44,067 bases of DNA from a virus. Taxonomy: Duplodnaviria > Heunggongvirae > Uroviricota > Caudoviricetes. The notes under the pieces were generated by a model, which did not search any database, was not told the DNA's origin, and was given only the letters and a program-made list of their open reading frames with translations. A program made the translations under genes and the position numbers. Below, one piece after another: positions 9,187 to 19,940 of the stretch. The stretch's first letter is position 1, and each line of letters begins with the position of its first letter. The stretch spans positions 1-44,067 of the IMG/VR virus record IMGVR_UViG_2909303794_000010; one strand, 5' to 3'.

Positions 9187-10235
9187 GAAATCGTCCCCAG
9201 AACCGCCAGTTCATTTTTCGCAATGGAGATATTGTCTGCCGGTGCAAGCAACTGATGGCTGTATTCCCCGTTCGCACCGGAAATCGCTTCACTGATACGC
9301 GATACCTTCAGTTCTCCCTGCGGATAACCATCACGCAGCAGGAACGAACGCAACTCTGCGGTGATGGCAGCCCGTATTTCCGGTGTGTCCGGCGTCACGC
9401 GGATATGAAAATCCACCGTATGCGCCACCGGCCTGAACACATACAAATCAGAACCTGCCACCGGGGCCAGTGGCTCGATGTGTTGTCGTACTGCCGTTTT
9501 CGTTGACTCTTCCGGAATGGGATTAATCAGGTCACTGCCGGCAATCATCACACCGACAGTTCCCGTTCCCATCCAGTGGCGGTATGTCCATGCGCGGGTA
9601 ATGCCGGGCACTTCTTTAGCCCAGACGACATAGTCCCCGTCAGCCCCGCCCTGCGGCGTCCAGTAATACCGCTCAATGACGCGGGCGCGCCACGTTTCCA
9701 GCTCTTCAGTATCAAATCCGCCTGTCAGAGTGTCAGCCACACCGGAAGACGGCAGACCATTCACCGGCGTGACCAGGATTAATGCCGTACCGTCGTCAGC
9801 GTTACCGACCGCGCCTGCACTTGAGCAGGCGATCGGCACGCGCAGGACACCACCGGAGCTGGTTGCATCGGCAGTTGCCGTGTACTGAACCAGGTCATCG
9901 CGCTGAATAACACTCCCGGCAGTCACTTTCAGGCCATCGCTGACACCTTCCCAGCGCATATACCCGCTGGCAGCCGTGGCCCCCTTGCGCGGACACCGTT
10001 TCATCGCAGCATGTCGCGCCAGCCAGGACTCATCGCACAGGTCAGGAAGCATGTTCATTGCCAGATAATCGATGTAACCGTAAACCGTATGCAGCGCCGC
10101 CGCATACACCTTTGCCCGCACGTCTTCATCCATGCGCCGGAGCGTGTCGCTGACGTCCAGCCTGGCGAATAAATCGTTACGGAGCATACTGATATTTTCT
10201 GCCAGCGTCGGGCGCTGAAATTCACTGTCCGCCAT
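9177..10235 (-). CDS. baseplate J-like protein (Mu gp47-like)
   Basis: Size and position in a Mu-like baseplate gene order; overlaps neighbours by a few bp. Confidence 0.65.
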   Translation of the reverse strand: MADSEFQRPTLAENISMLRNDLFARLDVSDTLRRMDEDVRAKVYAAALHTVYGYIDYLAMNMLPDLCDESWLARHAAMKRCPRKGATAASGYMRWEGVSDGLKVTAGSVIQRDDLVQYTATADATSSGGVLRVPIACSSAGAVGNADDGTALILVTPVNGLPSSGVADTLTGGFDTEELETWRARVIERYYWTPQGGADGDYVVWAKEVPGITRAWTYRHWMGTGTVGVMIAGSDLINPIPEESTKTAVRQHIEPLAPVAGSDLYVFRPVAHTVDFHIRVTPDTPEIRAAITAELRSFLLRDGYPQGELKVSRISEAISGANGEYSHQLLAPADNISIAKNELAVLGTISWT

Positions 10236-10650
10236 GCGTTATCGCACTCCACAGATCATCAAAAGAAATCATTACCGGTCCGTCACGACGCCAGAGAGTG
10301 ATACTGTTACCCAGTTCATTAATCCCGGTGCGGCGGATATCCAGATCAATACGGGACACCACGCCGTCATCAATCATCCATTGCAGGCATTCGCGGATAT
10401 ACCCCCTTACCGTCAGCACCAGCTGATTGGTCAGTTTGCTGCGCTGAAGCAGCCACAGCCGGGAGCCGTAACGGTCATTCTGTACCGCAGGCCAGGTATC
10501 CCCCCACCATCCCATCGGGACGTCGGCGTTGTCATCAGGCTCCGCCCGCCGCCAGGTAAACAGGGAAATCACCACGGCGCGGGTCAGCGGATCCAGCGGT
10601 GCGCTGGCGCAGGTGCGTTTACCGTTCACCGTCAGCCACAGTTCCATCAT
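10222..10650 (-). CDS. baseplate protein (Mu gp46-like)
   Basis: Position and size; overlapping starts and stops with neighbours. Confidence 0.5.
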   Translation of the reverse strand: MMELWLTVNGKRTCASAPLDPLTRAVVISLFTWRRAEPDDNADVPMGWWGDTWPAVQNDRYGSRLWLLQRSKLTNQLVLTVRGYIRECLQWMIDDGVVSRIDLDIRRTGINELGNSITLWRRDGPVMISFDDLWSAITHGGQ

Positions 10651-11195
10651 GCCTCCATCGCTTTATCAGGTTTGTCGGTGTTACTGCCCTGACCGTTCTC
10701 TCTGTGACGATGCCCGTTATAGGCAAGCCGCATCGCTGACATGGTGGTGCCGCTGGAGTCGCACAGGTCTTTCACCTGTCCTGTCACTTCCAGGTCCATT
10801 TCAAAACGTGCTTTAGGTGAATTGCGAAACGTAATCGTTTTACCTGCACCGTCCACCACGATCCCCTCCCGGGTCAGCGTCACGGACTGCCCCTGATCGT
10901 CATAGACAGCCACCTCACCCGTCTGCAGCCCTTTCAGGCGGTAGCGCCGGTCCGACACCGTAACAACCACCGCATGAGAACGGTCGCCATCCGGAAACAA
11001 CACCACCGCTTCCGCACCGCTGTTTGCCCTTGCGGTAAAACCGTAGGGTTCAAGATGTTCAACCCCGGCTTTGGGTTCACCGGCAATCAGGGACACATCC
11101 ACGGTCTGACATTTCGTGGCGGCACTGATGCTTTTCACCACGGCCCGCCCAATCAGGCCGAGGAGTTGTCGCTGCATGGCTTCAATCGTCCTCAT
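10647..11195 (-). CDS. baseplate assembly protein V-like (Mu gp45-like)
   Basis: Position and size consistent with a gpV-like baseplate spike. Confidence 0.55.
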   Translation of the reverse strand: MRTIEAMQRQLLGLIGRAVVKSISAATKCQTVDVSLIAGEPKAGVEHLEPYGFTARANSGAEAVVLFPDGDRSHAVVVTVSDRRYRLKGLQTGEVAVYDDQGQSVTLTREGIVVDGAGKTITFRNSPKARFEMDLEVTGQVKDLCDSSGTTMSAMRLAYNGHRHRENGQGSNTDKPDKAMEA

Positions 11196-12274
11196 CAGAA
11201 CGGGTCCTCCTGTACTCTGGCTTTTTTCTTTTTCCGCGCGCCGGGGGCTTCGGGTTCAGGCAGATAAGCATCAGGTGGGCCGACACGGATTTCCGTCAGG
11301 GTGCCGTTCTGGTCCTGAGTAAACGTGACTTCCGAGACAAGCAGTTCGGTATTGTCGAAACCACAGACCGGATCGAAGACAATCACCCGCTGGTTGGGCT
11401 GCCACAGCGTACCGTTACCCTGTCGCCAGCCCTGCACCACATAGGTGGTTTCATCCGTCCGCGCCGCCCGTTGTCGGGCTTCAAAGTCAGCACGCGCAAT
11501 ACAGCCTGCCCCCGTAGCCTGCCCTGTCTGCCTGATATACATCGGACGGTAACGGGCAATAAATGCGTCCTCTGTGCGGGCCCGCAGCGCAGTTGTGGTG
11601 GCCTCACCGAAATCATCGTCGTTTCCGGCACGCTGCCCCGCCACCTGGTAAACAGAAAACCGCTCCCGGATACTCTTCTCCGTATCGCAGGAAAGGATGT
11701 TTTCCCCGAGTACCAGCGCGGTATGTGCCCGCGTTGAGCCAATACCGCCAATCACCAGCCTGCCGTGCGGGTCGTCATAAGCCAGCGCCTGCTGCTGACC
11801 GAGTATTTTGTTAATCACCTCGATCACCGTTTCACCGTGATCAGGCTGGACATCAGGAATAACACCCGACGGCGCACCGCTGTTCACCACCTCAATGCCG
11901 AAGGGCGCAGCAAGCGCCTGCGCAATCTGTACCAGTGATCGTCCGTTAAACTGTGTCGGTTCGGCTGCACAATCAATCAGGTCAGCGGTCAGACTGCGTC
12001 CGGCAATACCGGTGCTGACCGAACGGGCATCGTAACGAACGGGCGTCGCCTCCACCCAGCCGGTGATCACCAGCTCATCACCAATCAGCACCTCCACTTT
12101 TGAACCGTTTTTAATGCGCGGCTGAAGCGTGGTGATACCCTCATCACCCGGCCACTGGCGGGTGATCTCCACACTGAAATCCCGCGCCAGTCGTTCAACA
12201 CCGGCACCGATGCGCACCGATGTCCAGCCATTCCACTCCCGGCCATTTACCCGTAGCGTGACATTGTCGTTCAT
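11195..12274 (-). CDS. tail protein (Mu gp44 / P2 gpD-like)
   Basis: Position between the DNA circularization protein and the baseplate genes. Confidence 0.55.
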   Translation of the reverse strand: MNDNVTLRVNGREWNGWTSVRIGAGVERLARDFSVEITRQWPGDEGITTLQPRIKNGSKVEVLIGDELVITGWVEATPVRYDARSVSTGIAGRSLTADLIDCAAEPTQFNGRSLVQIAQALAAPFGIEVVNSGAPSGVIPDVQPDHGETVIEVINKILGQQQALAYDDPHGRLVIGGIGSTRAHTALVLGENILSCDTEKSIRERFSVYQVAGQRAGNDDDFGEATTTALRARTEDAFIARYRPMYIRQTGQATGAGCIARADFEARQRAARTDETTYVVQGWRQGNGTLWQPNQRVIVFDPVCGFDNTELLVSEVTFTQDQNGTLTEIRVGPPDAYLPEPEAPGARKKKKARVQEDPF

Positions 12275-13641
12275 TGCACTGGCACCTTCAGAGGGATCAC
12301 CGGCACAAAGCCGGGATGCGTAATGGCATTACGCCGGATAATGTCCGCATCACGCGCCGCGTTATCAAACCAGGTCGCCGCCAGCACCAGCGCGGGTAAA
12401 ACCTCATCCGGTGTGCGCTGAATGATCCGTGCAGACTGTTCAAGGCGCGTGTTGATATCCGCATTCAGATCTGCTTTCACCCGGCGCAGTGCCAGAAACA
12501 GCGCATCACTGGTTGTACGGGACAACTCCTTATCAATTGCCGTATTCAGTGTGTCGCGAATGTCAGTCAGTTCTTCCCACGTTGGCAGGTCAACCGTGTT
12601 TTTCACCGCCGGTGCATTGTTCAGTGCCGGATGCGTGACGGAAGGCCAGCCAGTGCTCTGCGCAGGTGTTGTTGCCTGCCCCACTGCGGCATTCTGCATC
12701 ACCGCGGAAGTTGTTGGCGCAGGCAATCGGGTGACGGCATACGCCGCTTCGCTGATTGCGGTCGTACGAAGGGTGCTGGCAACCTCGTTACGCTGATGCG
12801 TCGCCGTGGCGGTGGTTTTACTGTCCGTTTTCCAGACGCCGCGCGGTTGCAGATCGCTGCCGAGGCTGACACCGGAAAGCGTTTTGATCATGGTGACCAG
12901 GTCGCTGGCGTTACCATAAAGGCGTTTCCCGGTACGCCACATTTTCTGCACCTGCTCAACGAAATTTTTGCCTGACGATGGTGGCGGCAGAAGTACCGAG
13001 ATATCCCCCTGCAACAGCCTGGCAGCATCCGATACGGCAGAATCCACCACTTTCATCGCATCAGAAACATACCCAAGCATTGTGCCGGCATTACCGACGA
13101 CGTCGTTCTGCACAAAATCCGCCACGCCATCGATACTGAAACCGCTGAAGCTGTCACTGATGCAGTCATCCAGTGCAGAACAGGATGACATCAGCGTCTG
13201 CGCCGTCGCCGCACCTGATGTGGGGTAAGAGAGTTCTCCCGCTTCGACAAACTTCAGGTCAAAGCGGACAATACGCCCTTCACTCTTCGATGTGCTGACC
13301 CGAACCTCTCCGTCAACACAGACTTTCAGCTCACCGTAAGTCGGATGGACAAGCGTGCCGGGACCGGGTTTATTCAGCGCGTCAATCAGGCGATCGCGCT
13401 GGTCAAAGCAGTCATCTCCCACCACATAAGCCGTGATGGACGGGCGGAAAGTGATTTTCCCCAGGTCTTCGGTATAGGGTTTGTCGCGGTTCGGGTATTC
13501 GTGCGTTTCCACACGACGACCGGTTCCCGCACTTTCTTCTTCAACCTTAAACGGCACACCGCGAAATGACGCGTCCTGAAGTCTGTCTTTCCACGTCATA
13601 TAAACTCCGTACATAAAAAATCCCACCGGAGTGGGACTCAT
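12271..13641 (-). CDS. DNA circularization protein N-like (Mu gp43-like)
   Basis: N-terminus WKDRLQDASFRGVPFKVEEESAGTGRRVETHEYPNRD resembles the Mu N family; immediately downstream of the tape measure. Confidence 0.6.
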   Translation of the reverse strand: MSPTPVGFFMYGVYMTWKDRLQDASFRGVPFKVEEESAGTGRRVETHEYPNRDKPYTEDLGKITFRPSITAYVVGDDCFDQRDRLIDALNKPGPGTLVHPTYGELKVCVDGEVRVSTSKSEGRIVRFDLKFVEAGELSYPTSGAATAQTLMSSCSALDDCISDSFSGFSIDGVADFVQNDVVGNAGTMLGYVSDAMKVVDSAVSDAARLLQGDISVLLPPPSSGKNFVEQVQKMWRTGKRLYGNASDLVTMIKTLSGVSLGSDLQPRGVWKTDSKTTATATHQRNEVASTLRTTAISEAAYAVTRLPAPTTSAVMQNAAVGQATTPAQSTGWPSVTHPALNNAPAVKNTVDLPTWEELTDIRDTLNTAIDKELSRTTSDALFLALRRVKADLNADINTRLEQSARIIQRTPDEVLPALVLAATWFDNAARDADIIRRNAITHPGFVPVIPLKVPVQ

Positions 13642-13659
13642 TAACAGATTAATTTTTCA

Positions 13660-15495
13660 TTACCTGCCAAAGCGCGTATAGCCAACATCATGGCTGACAT
13701 CAAAACCGCTGGATCGCGTTTCCATAACCCGCATACCCGGAGGCGAATTCACAAAAGAGACCTTGATCTCACCATCAACTTTTGGCGCAGAAGCTTTGTT
13801 AATCATGAAGGGATTCGGGCCTGTGGCACCGGAGGCGTTGTTTGACTGAGCCGGATCCACCGCCGGATAAGGTGTGTATCCCCGCGCCGGTATTCCCGTC
13901 CCATAAGCATCATAAGCACCCGCGCCCCACTGCGCCGAGTTAATGGCATCGACCGTGTCACCGGAACTGTCGGTAAACCACTCAATAATTGGCTTCAGCT
14001 TGTCCCACATATCCTGAAACCACTTAACAACCGGCCCCCAGTTATTGATCACCATCCCCAGCGGCGACCAGGCAAAAACTTTCTTAAGGAGTTCCCAGCC
14101 AGCCTCAAAATAAGGACCAATGGTTTCCCAGAGCTTCTTGAAATAAGGTCCGACAACATCCCAGTTAGTGATAATTAATCCCGCAGCCAGGGCTATCGCC
14201 GTCGCAATCATGCCAATCGGCGTCATCGACATGATCCTGCTGACAATACTGATGGCACTGCCCACGCCCATCAATCCCAGTTTCAGAATCGCAAGACCGG
14301 CAGCAAGCCCGACGACGCCGCGAATAACCCGGGGATTTTCATCCGCAAACTTCGTGAATTTTTCCCCCAACTCCCCCAGCCATTGCGTGATATTTTTGGC
14401 GTCACCAGAAAATGCGCCGCCAATAGCCGCAAGGCCGTTAGTTGCGGTCCCCGTCATTGCCTCCCACAAGTTGGACAGCGTACCAAGCTGGGCCTGAACA
14501 CGTTTATTCAGGCTGGCCTGTTTATTCATCTTCTGCTGGATCTGATCGTAGCCATCCTTTCCTTTATCGATCAGAGCATTGACCACCTGAAGGGTTTCGG
14601 CATCATCACCAAATATTGCCTTAAGTACACCTGTTCGCTTAACGTCGGTCAGTTTTCGCAGCTTTGCCAGTTGCTTAAACATGTTATCAAGACCGCCAAA
14701 ACTCCCTTTGCTGTCAGTAAAATCGAGCTGCACTCCGAGTTTCTGGCGGGCCATAACTTTATTAACGTCCCTGATTTTCTTAACGCTTAATCCGGACTGG
14801 ATAACTTTTCGCAGGGCATTACCTGCCGACTCCCCGTTCATCCCCATCTGATCCATCATGACGCTGATAGGGGCAAGGCTCTGTGCAGCCTGAAGACCGT
14901 CCTTGTTCACCATCTTCAGAACAGAACTGGTTTTAGTGAAGAAGGACAACATGTTGGTATCGTCAACGCCCAGATAAAACGCCTTCTGGATAGTGTCGAA
15001 CAGCCCCATCATGTCTTCTGACGCCGTTCCGGTAGCATCCTGCATCTTTGCAGCAAACTCAGCAGCCGCTTCCGGTGTTTTTTTCAGTTGTACCGCAAGA
15101 TAAGCTGTCGCTTTACCCACACCGCCCAGAATGTTTTCTGCCGGGATCCCCTGACGCACCAGCATCTGCATCATGTTCTGGAAATCAGCCGTTGTACCGG
15201 GTAGCTGGTTACCCAGGCCAATAGCCAGTTTATTGATGTCCTGAAAGCTCTTTCCAACCTCGCCGTTCGCATCCATCATGGCGACTTTCAGCCCGGTGGC
15301 GGCGTTTTCCTGATCGGCATAAGATTTCAGGGAAAGCGTCAGACCCGCAGCTAGTCCGCCACCAAGCGCCAGCCCACCCTGTGACGCTTCTTCCGCCTGG
15401 CGTTTAAATCCCCGGATTTTCTTTTGCATTTTCGACAGCGCGGGAGAAAGCCTGTCGACACCGGTGATCAACGCCTTAAGCTCAAATTCAGCCAT
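13660..15495 (-). CDS. tail tape measure protein
   Basis: 611 aa, Ala/Gly-rich and helical with hydrophobic segments; follows the tail chaperone pair. Confidence 0.8.
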   Translation of the reverse strand: MAEFELKALITGVDRLSPALSKMQKKIRGFKRQAEEASQGGLALGGGLAAGLTLSLKSYADQENAATGLKVAMMDANGEVGKSFQDINKLAIGLGNQLPGTTADFQNMMQMLVRQGIPAENILGGVGKATAYLAVQLKKTPEAAAEFAAKMQDATGTASEDMMGLFDTIQKAFYLGVDDTNMLSFFTKTSSVLKMVNKDGLQAAQSLAPISVMMDQMGMNGESAGNALRKVIQSGLSVKKIRDVNKVMARQKLGVQLDFTDSKGSFGGLDNMFKQLAKLRKLTDVKRTGVLKAIFGDDAETLQVVNALIDKGKDGYDQIQQKMNKQASLNKRVQAQLGTLSNLWEAMTGTATNGLAAIGGAFSGDAKNITQWLGELGEKFTKFADENPRVIRGVVGLAAGLAILKLGLMGVGSAISIVSRIMSMTPIGMIATAIALAAGLIITNWDVVGPYFKKLWETIGPYFEAGWELLKKVFAWSPLGMVINNWGPVVKWFQDMWDKLKPIIEWFTDSSGDTVDAINSAQWGAGAYDAYGTGIPARGYTPYPAVDPAQSNNASGATGPNPFMINKASAPKVDGEIKVSFVNSPPGMRVMETRSSGFDVSHDVGYTRFGR

Positions 15496-15906
15496 GTGTG
15501 CGTTTCTCCTGCTCTATCCTGTTTGCCTGACTGACCAGCAAGGGAATTTCACTGATCGGCATATTCAGCAATTCGAAGGGATTAATGCGCCAGTAACTGG
15601 CGCAGTCAAAGAAGCGATCAGTGAGGTATTCAGCCGTCAGGCCTGGAGGAAAAAACCGGCCACAAGCCACGCCGCTGCATTCAGGTCTGCCGGAGACATC
15701 TGGTCGACAGAGCTTTGCGGCACTTTCGCCAGCCGCACAATGTATTTCGACACCACATGCGCCAGAAGTCTGACGGACTCATCCTGATTCATCTGGTAGG
15801 GATACCCCAGCTCGCGGACATCTTTCCCGGTGGGTTCATCAAACTCCAGTACGGAGAGTGTCTCGCCATGAGCAATAATCGGTTTCTTTAACTCAAGCTC
15901 TTTCAT
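15488..15906 (-). CDS. tail assembly chaperone pair with predicted programmed -1 frameshift (short form 15637-15906; extension to 15488)
   Basis: Slippery TTTTTTC in codons GGT TTT TTC (revcomp of 15649-15655) near the end of the short ORF; the -1 frame ORF extends to just before the tape measure start. Confidence 0.55.
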
Positions 15907-16262
15907 TACTGGTAATCCCCTTCTTCACCGTGGAACTCAAGATCGACCGTGCCTTCTTCGGCATTATGGTTCGCTTCACCGTGCAGCCAGGCGGACGACA
16001 ATACATAGACCTGACCGTTCGCCAGCTCGGCAGTGATGGTCATCTCATCAGACGAGGTGATTTTGCTCACCGGAAAATTCTTCGGCACCTTGAAGGTCCC
16101 TTTGACATAAGGCGCACGGTGAGTTTCCTTGCGGTCCACTGAACCGTCCAGGCCGATGATGTCATCATTGACCGTCCTGTTCATGGGCACCTCAATGCCG
16201 CCGGTCAGCGATAGCTGCTGACCGTCAATTTTGAAATAACAGGTTCCCCCGATACGGGCCAT
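15906..16262 (-). CDS. contractile tail tube protein
   Basis: 118 aa, immediately downstream of the sheath gene. Confidence 0.65.
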   Translation of the reverse strand: MARIGGTCYFKIDGQQLSLTGGIEVPMNRTVNDDIIGLDGSVDRKETHRAPYVKGTFKVPKNFPVSKITSSDEMTITAELANGQVYVLSSAWLHGEANHNAEEGTVDLEFHGEEGDYQ

Positions 16263-17758
16263 TATGCAGACTCCTCTGAATACTGAAGACGGAACTGGTT
16301 AACCACGGCAAAGACACGCAACTGGTTAACATAGTCAGGTGGGAACAGCGTGTTCAGGCGGTTCGGATCGCTGGCATCACGCTCCACAACCAGGTACTGC
16401 TTGAACAGTTCGTAGTTTTCCACGATCCCCGCACGCTCGAGCTGACGGTAGGTTGCCAGCAGTTCCCCTTTGATCACTGCCGGGGTGACAATCGCCTGAC
16501 CGGGACCAAAGCGGGTACCGTCACTGGCAAGCTTGTGACGCCCGTACTTACTGGTAATGACGGATTTCAGTTTGCGCAGTACATACGCACTGGTATGCAG
16601 CGTCTCGCTGTCGAGGTAGCTGTTATCCGCAACCCCGTAAGCGTTTTTCCTGTACGTGGTGACATCACGCTGAATGCGCAGTACCCCGCTTTCGACATAC
16701 GCCGTTGCCACGCCATGAGACAGCAGGGTCTGTTGTTCGGTCATCGTGAACCGTTTCCCCTTCGGCGCAGGCAGCATACCCACCAGCTCACCGGTCTGCG
16801 TGGGACGTGCCGGATCGTTGCGGATAAACACTGCTGCGCGGGCGGTACGGCTTGCCGCCAGCTCGTCGGCAGGCGTCTGGGTCTCTTTTTCGTACCCCGC
16901 CAGGGTGATGTGCTGCTGGTTAAACTGGTCACCTGCGTTCACCAGTTCTGACAGTGTGCCGGTCTTTGCCGTATACACATGACCATACAGCTGACGCGCA
17001 TAGCTCCAGCGACCGCTGGTATCGTTCATCTCGGTCACCAGCGTGTTAACGGAGGCCGTGTCGTTGAACGGCAGGCCGATATAATCAAACGGCTCATCCG
17101 CCATTGCAGCCACCGCGCCAGTGAGAACAGGAGAGCCCGTTCCGGCGGTCCCCGTCGCCACGGCAATCTGTACGCCCGCAGGCAGCACTTCGCCCCCACC
17201 AAAGCCGTAGTAATTGAGGCTGACAGGAATTTCATTCCCGCAAAGCCCCTTATGACGCGCGGTCAGTGTGACCACGCCTGCCGAAGATGAGGCCGTAAAC
17301 GGCAGGGCCGGAACGGCATTGATGGCATCTTTGATACTGCTGGCAATCGTCGCGACGTTATCGCCATTGGTCACCGGTGCCTGCACGCGGGTACGTCCCA
17401 CATAAACATTCACCGTGCCGGTTTCGGTTGCCGCCCCGGTCACCGTCAGCGTAACTGTTGCTGCCGCGCCCGTGGATTCAGGAACGGCAATCACATACAG
17501 CTCACCAAACGGGTCGGTCTGGCGATAAGCCTCGACCATACGCGCCAGCTGACTTCCCGCACCACAAATCTGGCGTGCATAGTCTGCCGACGGCATCAGC
17601 ACCAGACTGTTGGCAACAATCTCTGCACCGTTATTGGCATGACCAATCAGCAGCGATGCTCCGCTGTCCTGTGCAGTATTCGCAGCCTGGTTATCCATTT
17701 CCGCATAAAACAGCGGAACCAGCGTATTCGACGGAATGGTGTTAAAGCTTATCGTCAT
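16262..17758 (-). CDS. contractile tail sheath protein
   Basis: 498 aa, upstream of the tube gene. Confidence 0.8.
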   Translation of the reverse strand: MTISFNTIPSNTLVPLFYAEMDNQAANTAQDSGASLLIGHANNGAEIVANSLVLMPSADYARQICGAGSQLARMVEAYRQTDPFGELYVIAVPESTGAAATVTLTVTGAATETGTVNVYVGRTRVQAPVTNGDNVATIASSIKDAINAVPALPFTASSSAGVVTLTARHKGLCGNEIPVSLNYYGFGGGEVLPAGVQIAVATGTAGTGSPVLTGAVAAMADEPFDYIGLPFNDTASVNTLVTEMNDTSGRWSYARQLYGHVYTAKTGTLSELVNAGDQFNQQHITLAGYEKETQTPADELAASRTARAAVFIRNDPARPTQTGELVGMLPAPKGKRFTMTEQQTLLSHGVATAYVESGVLRIQRDVTTYRKNAYGVADNSYLDSETLHTSAYVLRKLKSVITSKYGRHKLASDGTRFGPGQAIVTPAVIKGELLATYRQLERAGIVENYELFKQYLVVERDASDPNRLNTLFPPDYVNQLRVFAVVNQFRLQYSEESA

Positions 17759-17920
17759 CGGTGTTCACCTTTTTATTCACGCGCCGGATATCACCCGCTG
17801 CTTCACGGCGCAGCCAGTAGTTGTTCTCGTCAACATTTCGCCCTTCGGTGGGCAAAAGGTCACCGCGGGCAGGGTCAGGCACTGACCGCCCTTTAACAGG
17901 TTTCACAAACATGAAGATTC

Positions 17921-18481
17921 TCAGGAAGGAAGGGTTATTTCGGTGTGATGTTCGATATCGCCGTCAGGCCCGTTACCGGGCTCGAGATAATCAACATCAA
18001 TCGCCAGCGTTTGCAGTTCATCCAGACTGTTCAGATCATCCTGCTGGCGGGTATCGTCTTCAGTCAGCTCGCTGATGACCGAAAAATCGAACTGATAAAT
18101 CAGCTCATGACGATTCAGATCCAGCAGCGTGCCGCCGTCATAGGTAATCGGGTTACCGCACGCCTCCGGGTTCCAGCCCAGCAGAGCCTTAAAGAGCATC
18201 TGCCGGACATCGTCCACCACATCATACGAGGCAAACTGACCGCGCTCATCACGCCCGTTACTCAGTATGACAACCACGGAGAAACCCTCTTTCAGCTCCT
18301 GCCAGTAGTCGGTCTGGCTTTTGTTTTCTCCCGGAGAATCATCACCCGGTACAACATATGCCGCCGGGAGTTTCAGCTTTCCGACCTCCGGCAGATTTTT
18401 GAACTGGGCCGCGCCTGCAACCCGGTTTTCAAAATACGGACAGCGGGCACGCAGTGCAGCAATAACAGGCGTCAGTTTCAT
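17921..18481 (-). CDS. tail completion / neck protein (putative)
   Basis: Position between the head-tail joining genes and the sheath. Confidence 0.4.
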   Translation of the reverse strand: MKLTPVIAALRARCPYFENRVAGAAQFKNLPEVGKLKLPAAYVVPGDDSPGENKSQTDYWQELKEGFSVVVILSNGRDERGQFASYDVVDDVRQMLFKALLGWNPEACGNPITYDGGTLLDLNRHELIYQFDFSVISELTEDDTRQQDDLNSLDELQTLAIDVDYLEPGNGPDGDIEHHTEITLPS

Positions 18482-18984
18482 CTGTGTCGTCGCTCCGGCT
18501 TCAGTGATTTACGCAATTCCCGCGCCAGAAAATAGCGTGTCCAGCTGCGGTTCTTTTCAAGCGTTTCCACCATGAAGTTATTACGTGGAGCCAGTCGCCA
18601 GCCGCTGCCACCGGATGCACCACGATGATGGCTGCGACGACGCTTTGCCCCGCGCCTCACGCCATAGAACAAAAAAGCCGGATAAAAATCACCGGTGATA
18701 CGGCGGTTTCCCTCTCCATTACGCTGGTTAGGGGCTATACGTGCCATAAAACCAGGGCGATGTTTACTGGCTCTGGGTACCATGTAACCAATCGAACGAG
18801 CCAGGCGTCCGGTCTGATAACCGGGGTTTTCACCCGGTGCCGACCGCGCACGGCGCATCACCAGCCGACGGGCATCACGCATATGACGCTGACCAATCGT
18901 GACAAACGCCCGCCGGACACGGGCGCGGTTAAAGCGCATCTCCGCGGGCTGCTGAAAATCAACGTGCAAAAAGGAAGTCGTCAT
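18478..18984 (-). CDS. head-tail joining protein (putative)
   Basis: Position; basic protein; 4-bp overlap with neighbour. Confidence 0.4.
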   Translation of the reverse strand: MTTSFLHVDFQQPAEMRFNRARVRRAFVTIGQRHMRDARRLVMRRARSAPGENPGYQTGRLARSIGYMVPRASKHRPGFMARIAPNQRNGEGNRRITGDFYPAFLFYGVRRGAKRRRSHHRGASGGSGWRLAPRNNFMVETLEKNRSWTRYFLARELRKSLKPERRHR

Positions 18985-19369
18985 TGTTGCCTCCGTGACT
19001 CTGCCTACATTCGCCCAGCTCCGTACACTCCAGCAGCAGAAAGCGCCGCGCCCCGTTCAGATCGCGCTGACGTTTCACCCGGTACACACTGTCACCGCAG
19101 ACCACCTCATAATCAGCGGTGATCCCCCGGCGATAACGAATGGTGATGTAATGGGTGATGGCGTCCCCGGTCTGCGCGGTTTCCTGCCAGGTGGTGGCAC
19201 TGGTCTGGACAACCTTCGCCCATGTCCGGAACGCAACCGGGTATTGAGGCTCCACGCCAAAGTTATCCGCGGGCATATCCACCCGCAGGCGGATCAGGAC
19301 GCGTTTATTCAGTTCACCGGGGTCCGGCAGAATGTAGGTTGCGCTGGTCTGCGCCTGACGAATTTTCAT
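18959..19369 (-). CDS. head closure / head-tail adaptor protein (putative)
   Basis: Position after the connector-like gene. Confidence 0.45.
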   Translation of the reverse strand: MKIRQAQTSATYILPDPGELNKRVLIRLRVDMPADNFGVEPQYPVAFRTWAKVVQTSATTWQETAQTGDAITHYITIRYRRGITADYEVVCGDSVYRVKRQRDLNGARRFLLLECTELGECRQSHGGNNDDFLFAR

Positions 19370-19689
19370 TGCGGAAAGTACCTGTACGGGCCGACAAGCC
19401 AGCCAAAACTCTGCGGCATGTCGAGTTTCTCCACTTCCGTAACCGACGAGCGGTTTTCGTAAAAATGGCTGATAAGCATCAGCATCCCCAGACGAATATC
19501 ATCCGGCAGGTGCAGCCCGTCCGGATCGCTGTCCGGAATGGATTCATCCGGAGCATAGAGCTTCCGGTTCAGATACGTTTCCGTCCGCTTTTGCGCCGCA
19601 CAGGCCAGCAGTTGCAGATGGCGGTCATCAGCATCGAAATACTCATCCAGCCGGAGTTGGGCTTTAATCTCTTCCATTGTCAGAAGCAT
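19366..19689 (-). CDS. head-tail connector (gp6-like, putative)
   Basis: Position after the major capsid gene; small. Confidence 0.45.
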   Translation of the reverse strand: MLLTMEEIKAQLRLDEYFDADDRHLQLLACAAQKRTETYLNRKLYAPDESIPDSDPDGLHLPDDIRLGMLMLISHFYENRSSVTEVEKLDMPQSFGWLVGPYRYFPQ

Positions 19690-19691
19690 AC

Positions 19692-19892
19692 TCAGCCCTC
19701 TTTACTGGTCGTGGCTTTTTTCTCTTTTGTCGCTTTACTGCTTTTTGCACTGGTTCCGCGCTCTGCTAACCCGGCCTGAAGTGCAATCTCCTGCACCCGG
19801 GCAGGAAGCGCCCCGTCGTCATACTCACCGGCCCGAATGACCTCAACACGCATACCGTCCGGTGACCATTTCAGATCTTGTTTCAGGATCAT
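19692..19892 (-). CDS. small head-associated protein (hypothetical)
   Basis: 66 aa with a Lys/Ser-rich tail; between capsid and connector genes. Confidence 0.3.
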   Translation of the reverse strand: MILKQDLKWSPDGMRVEVIRAGEYDDGALPARVQEIALQAGLAERGTSAKSSKATKEKKATTSKEG

Positions 19893-19940
19893 GATTCTTC
19901 ACCCGTCAGAACAGGGGCGCGGTTCCGCGCCCCTGAGTGA

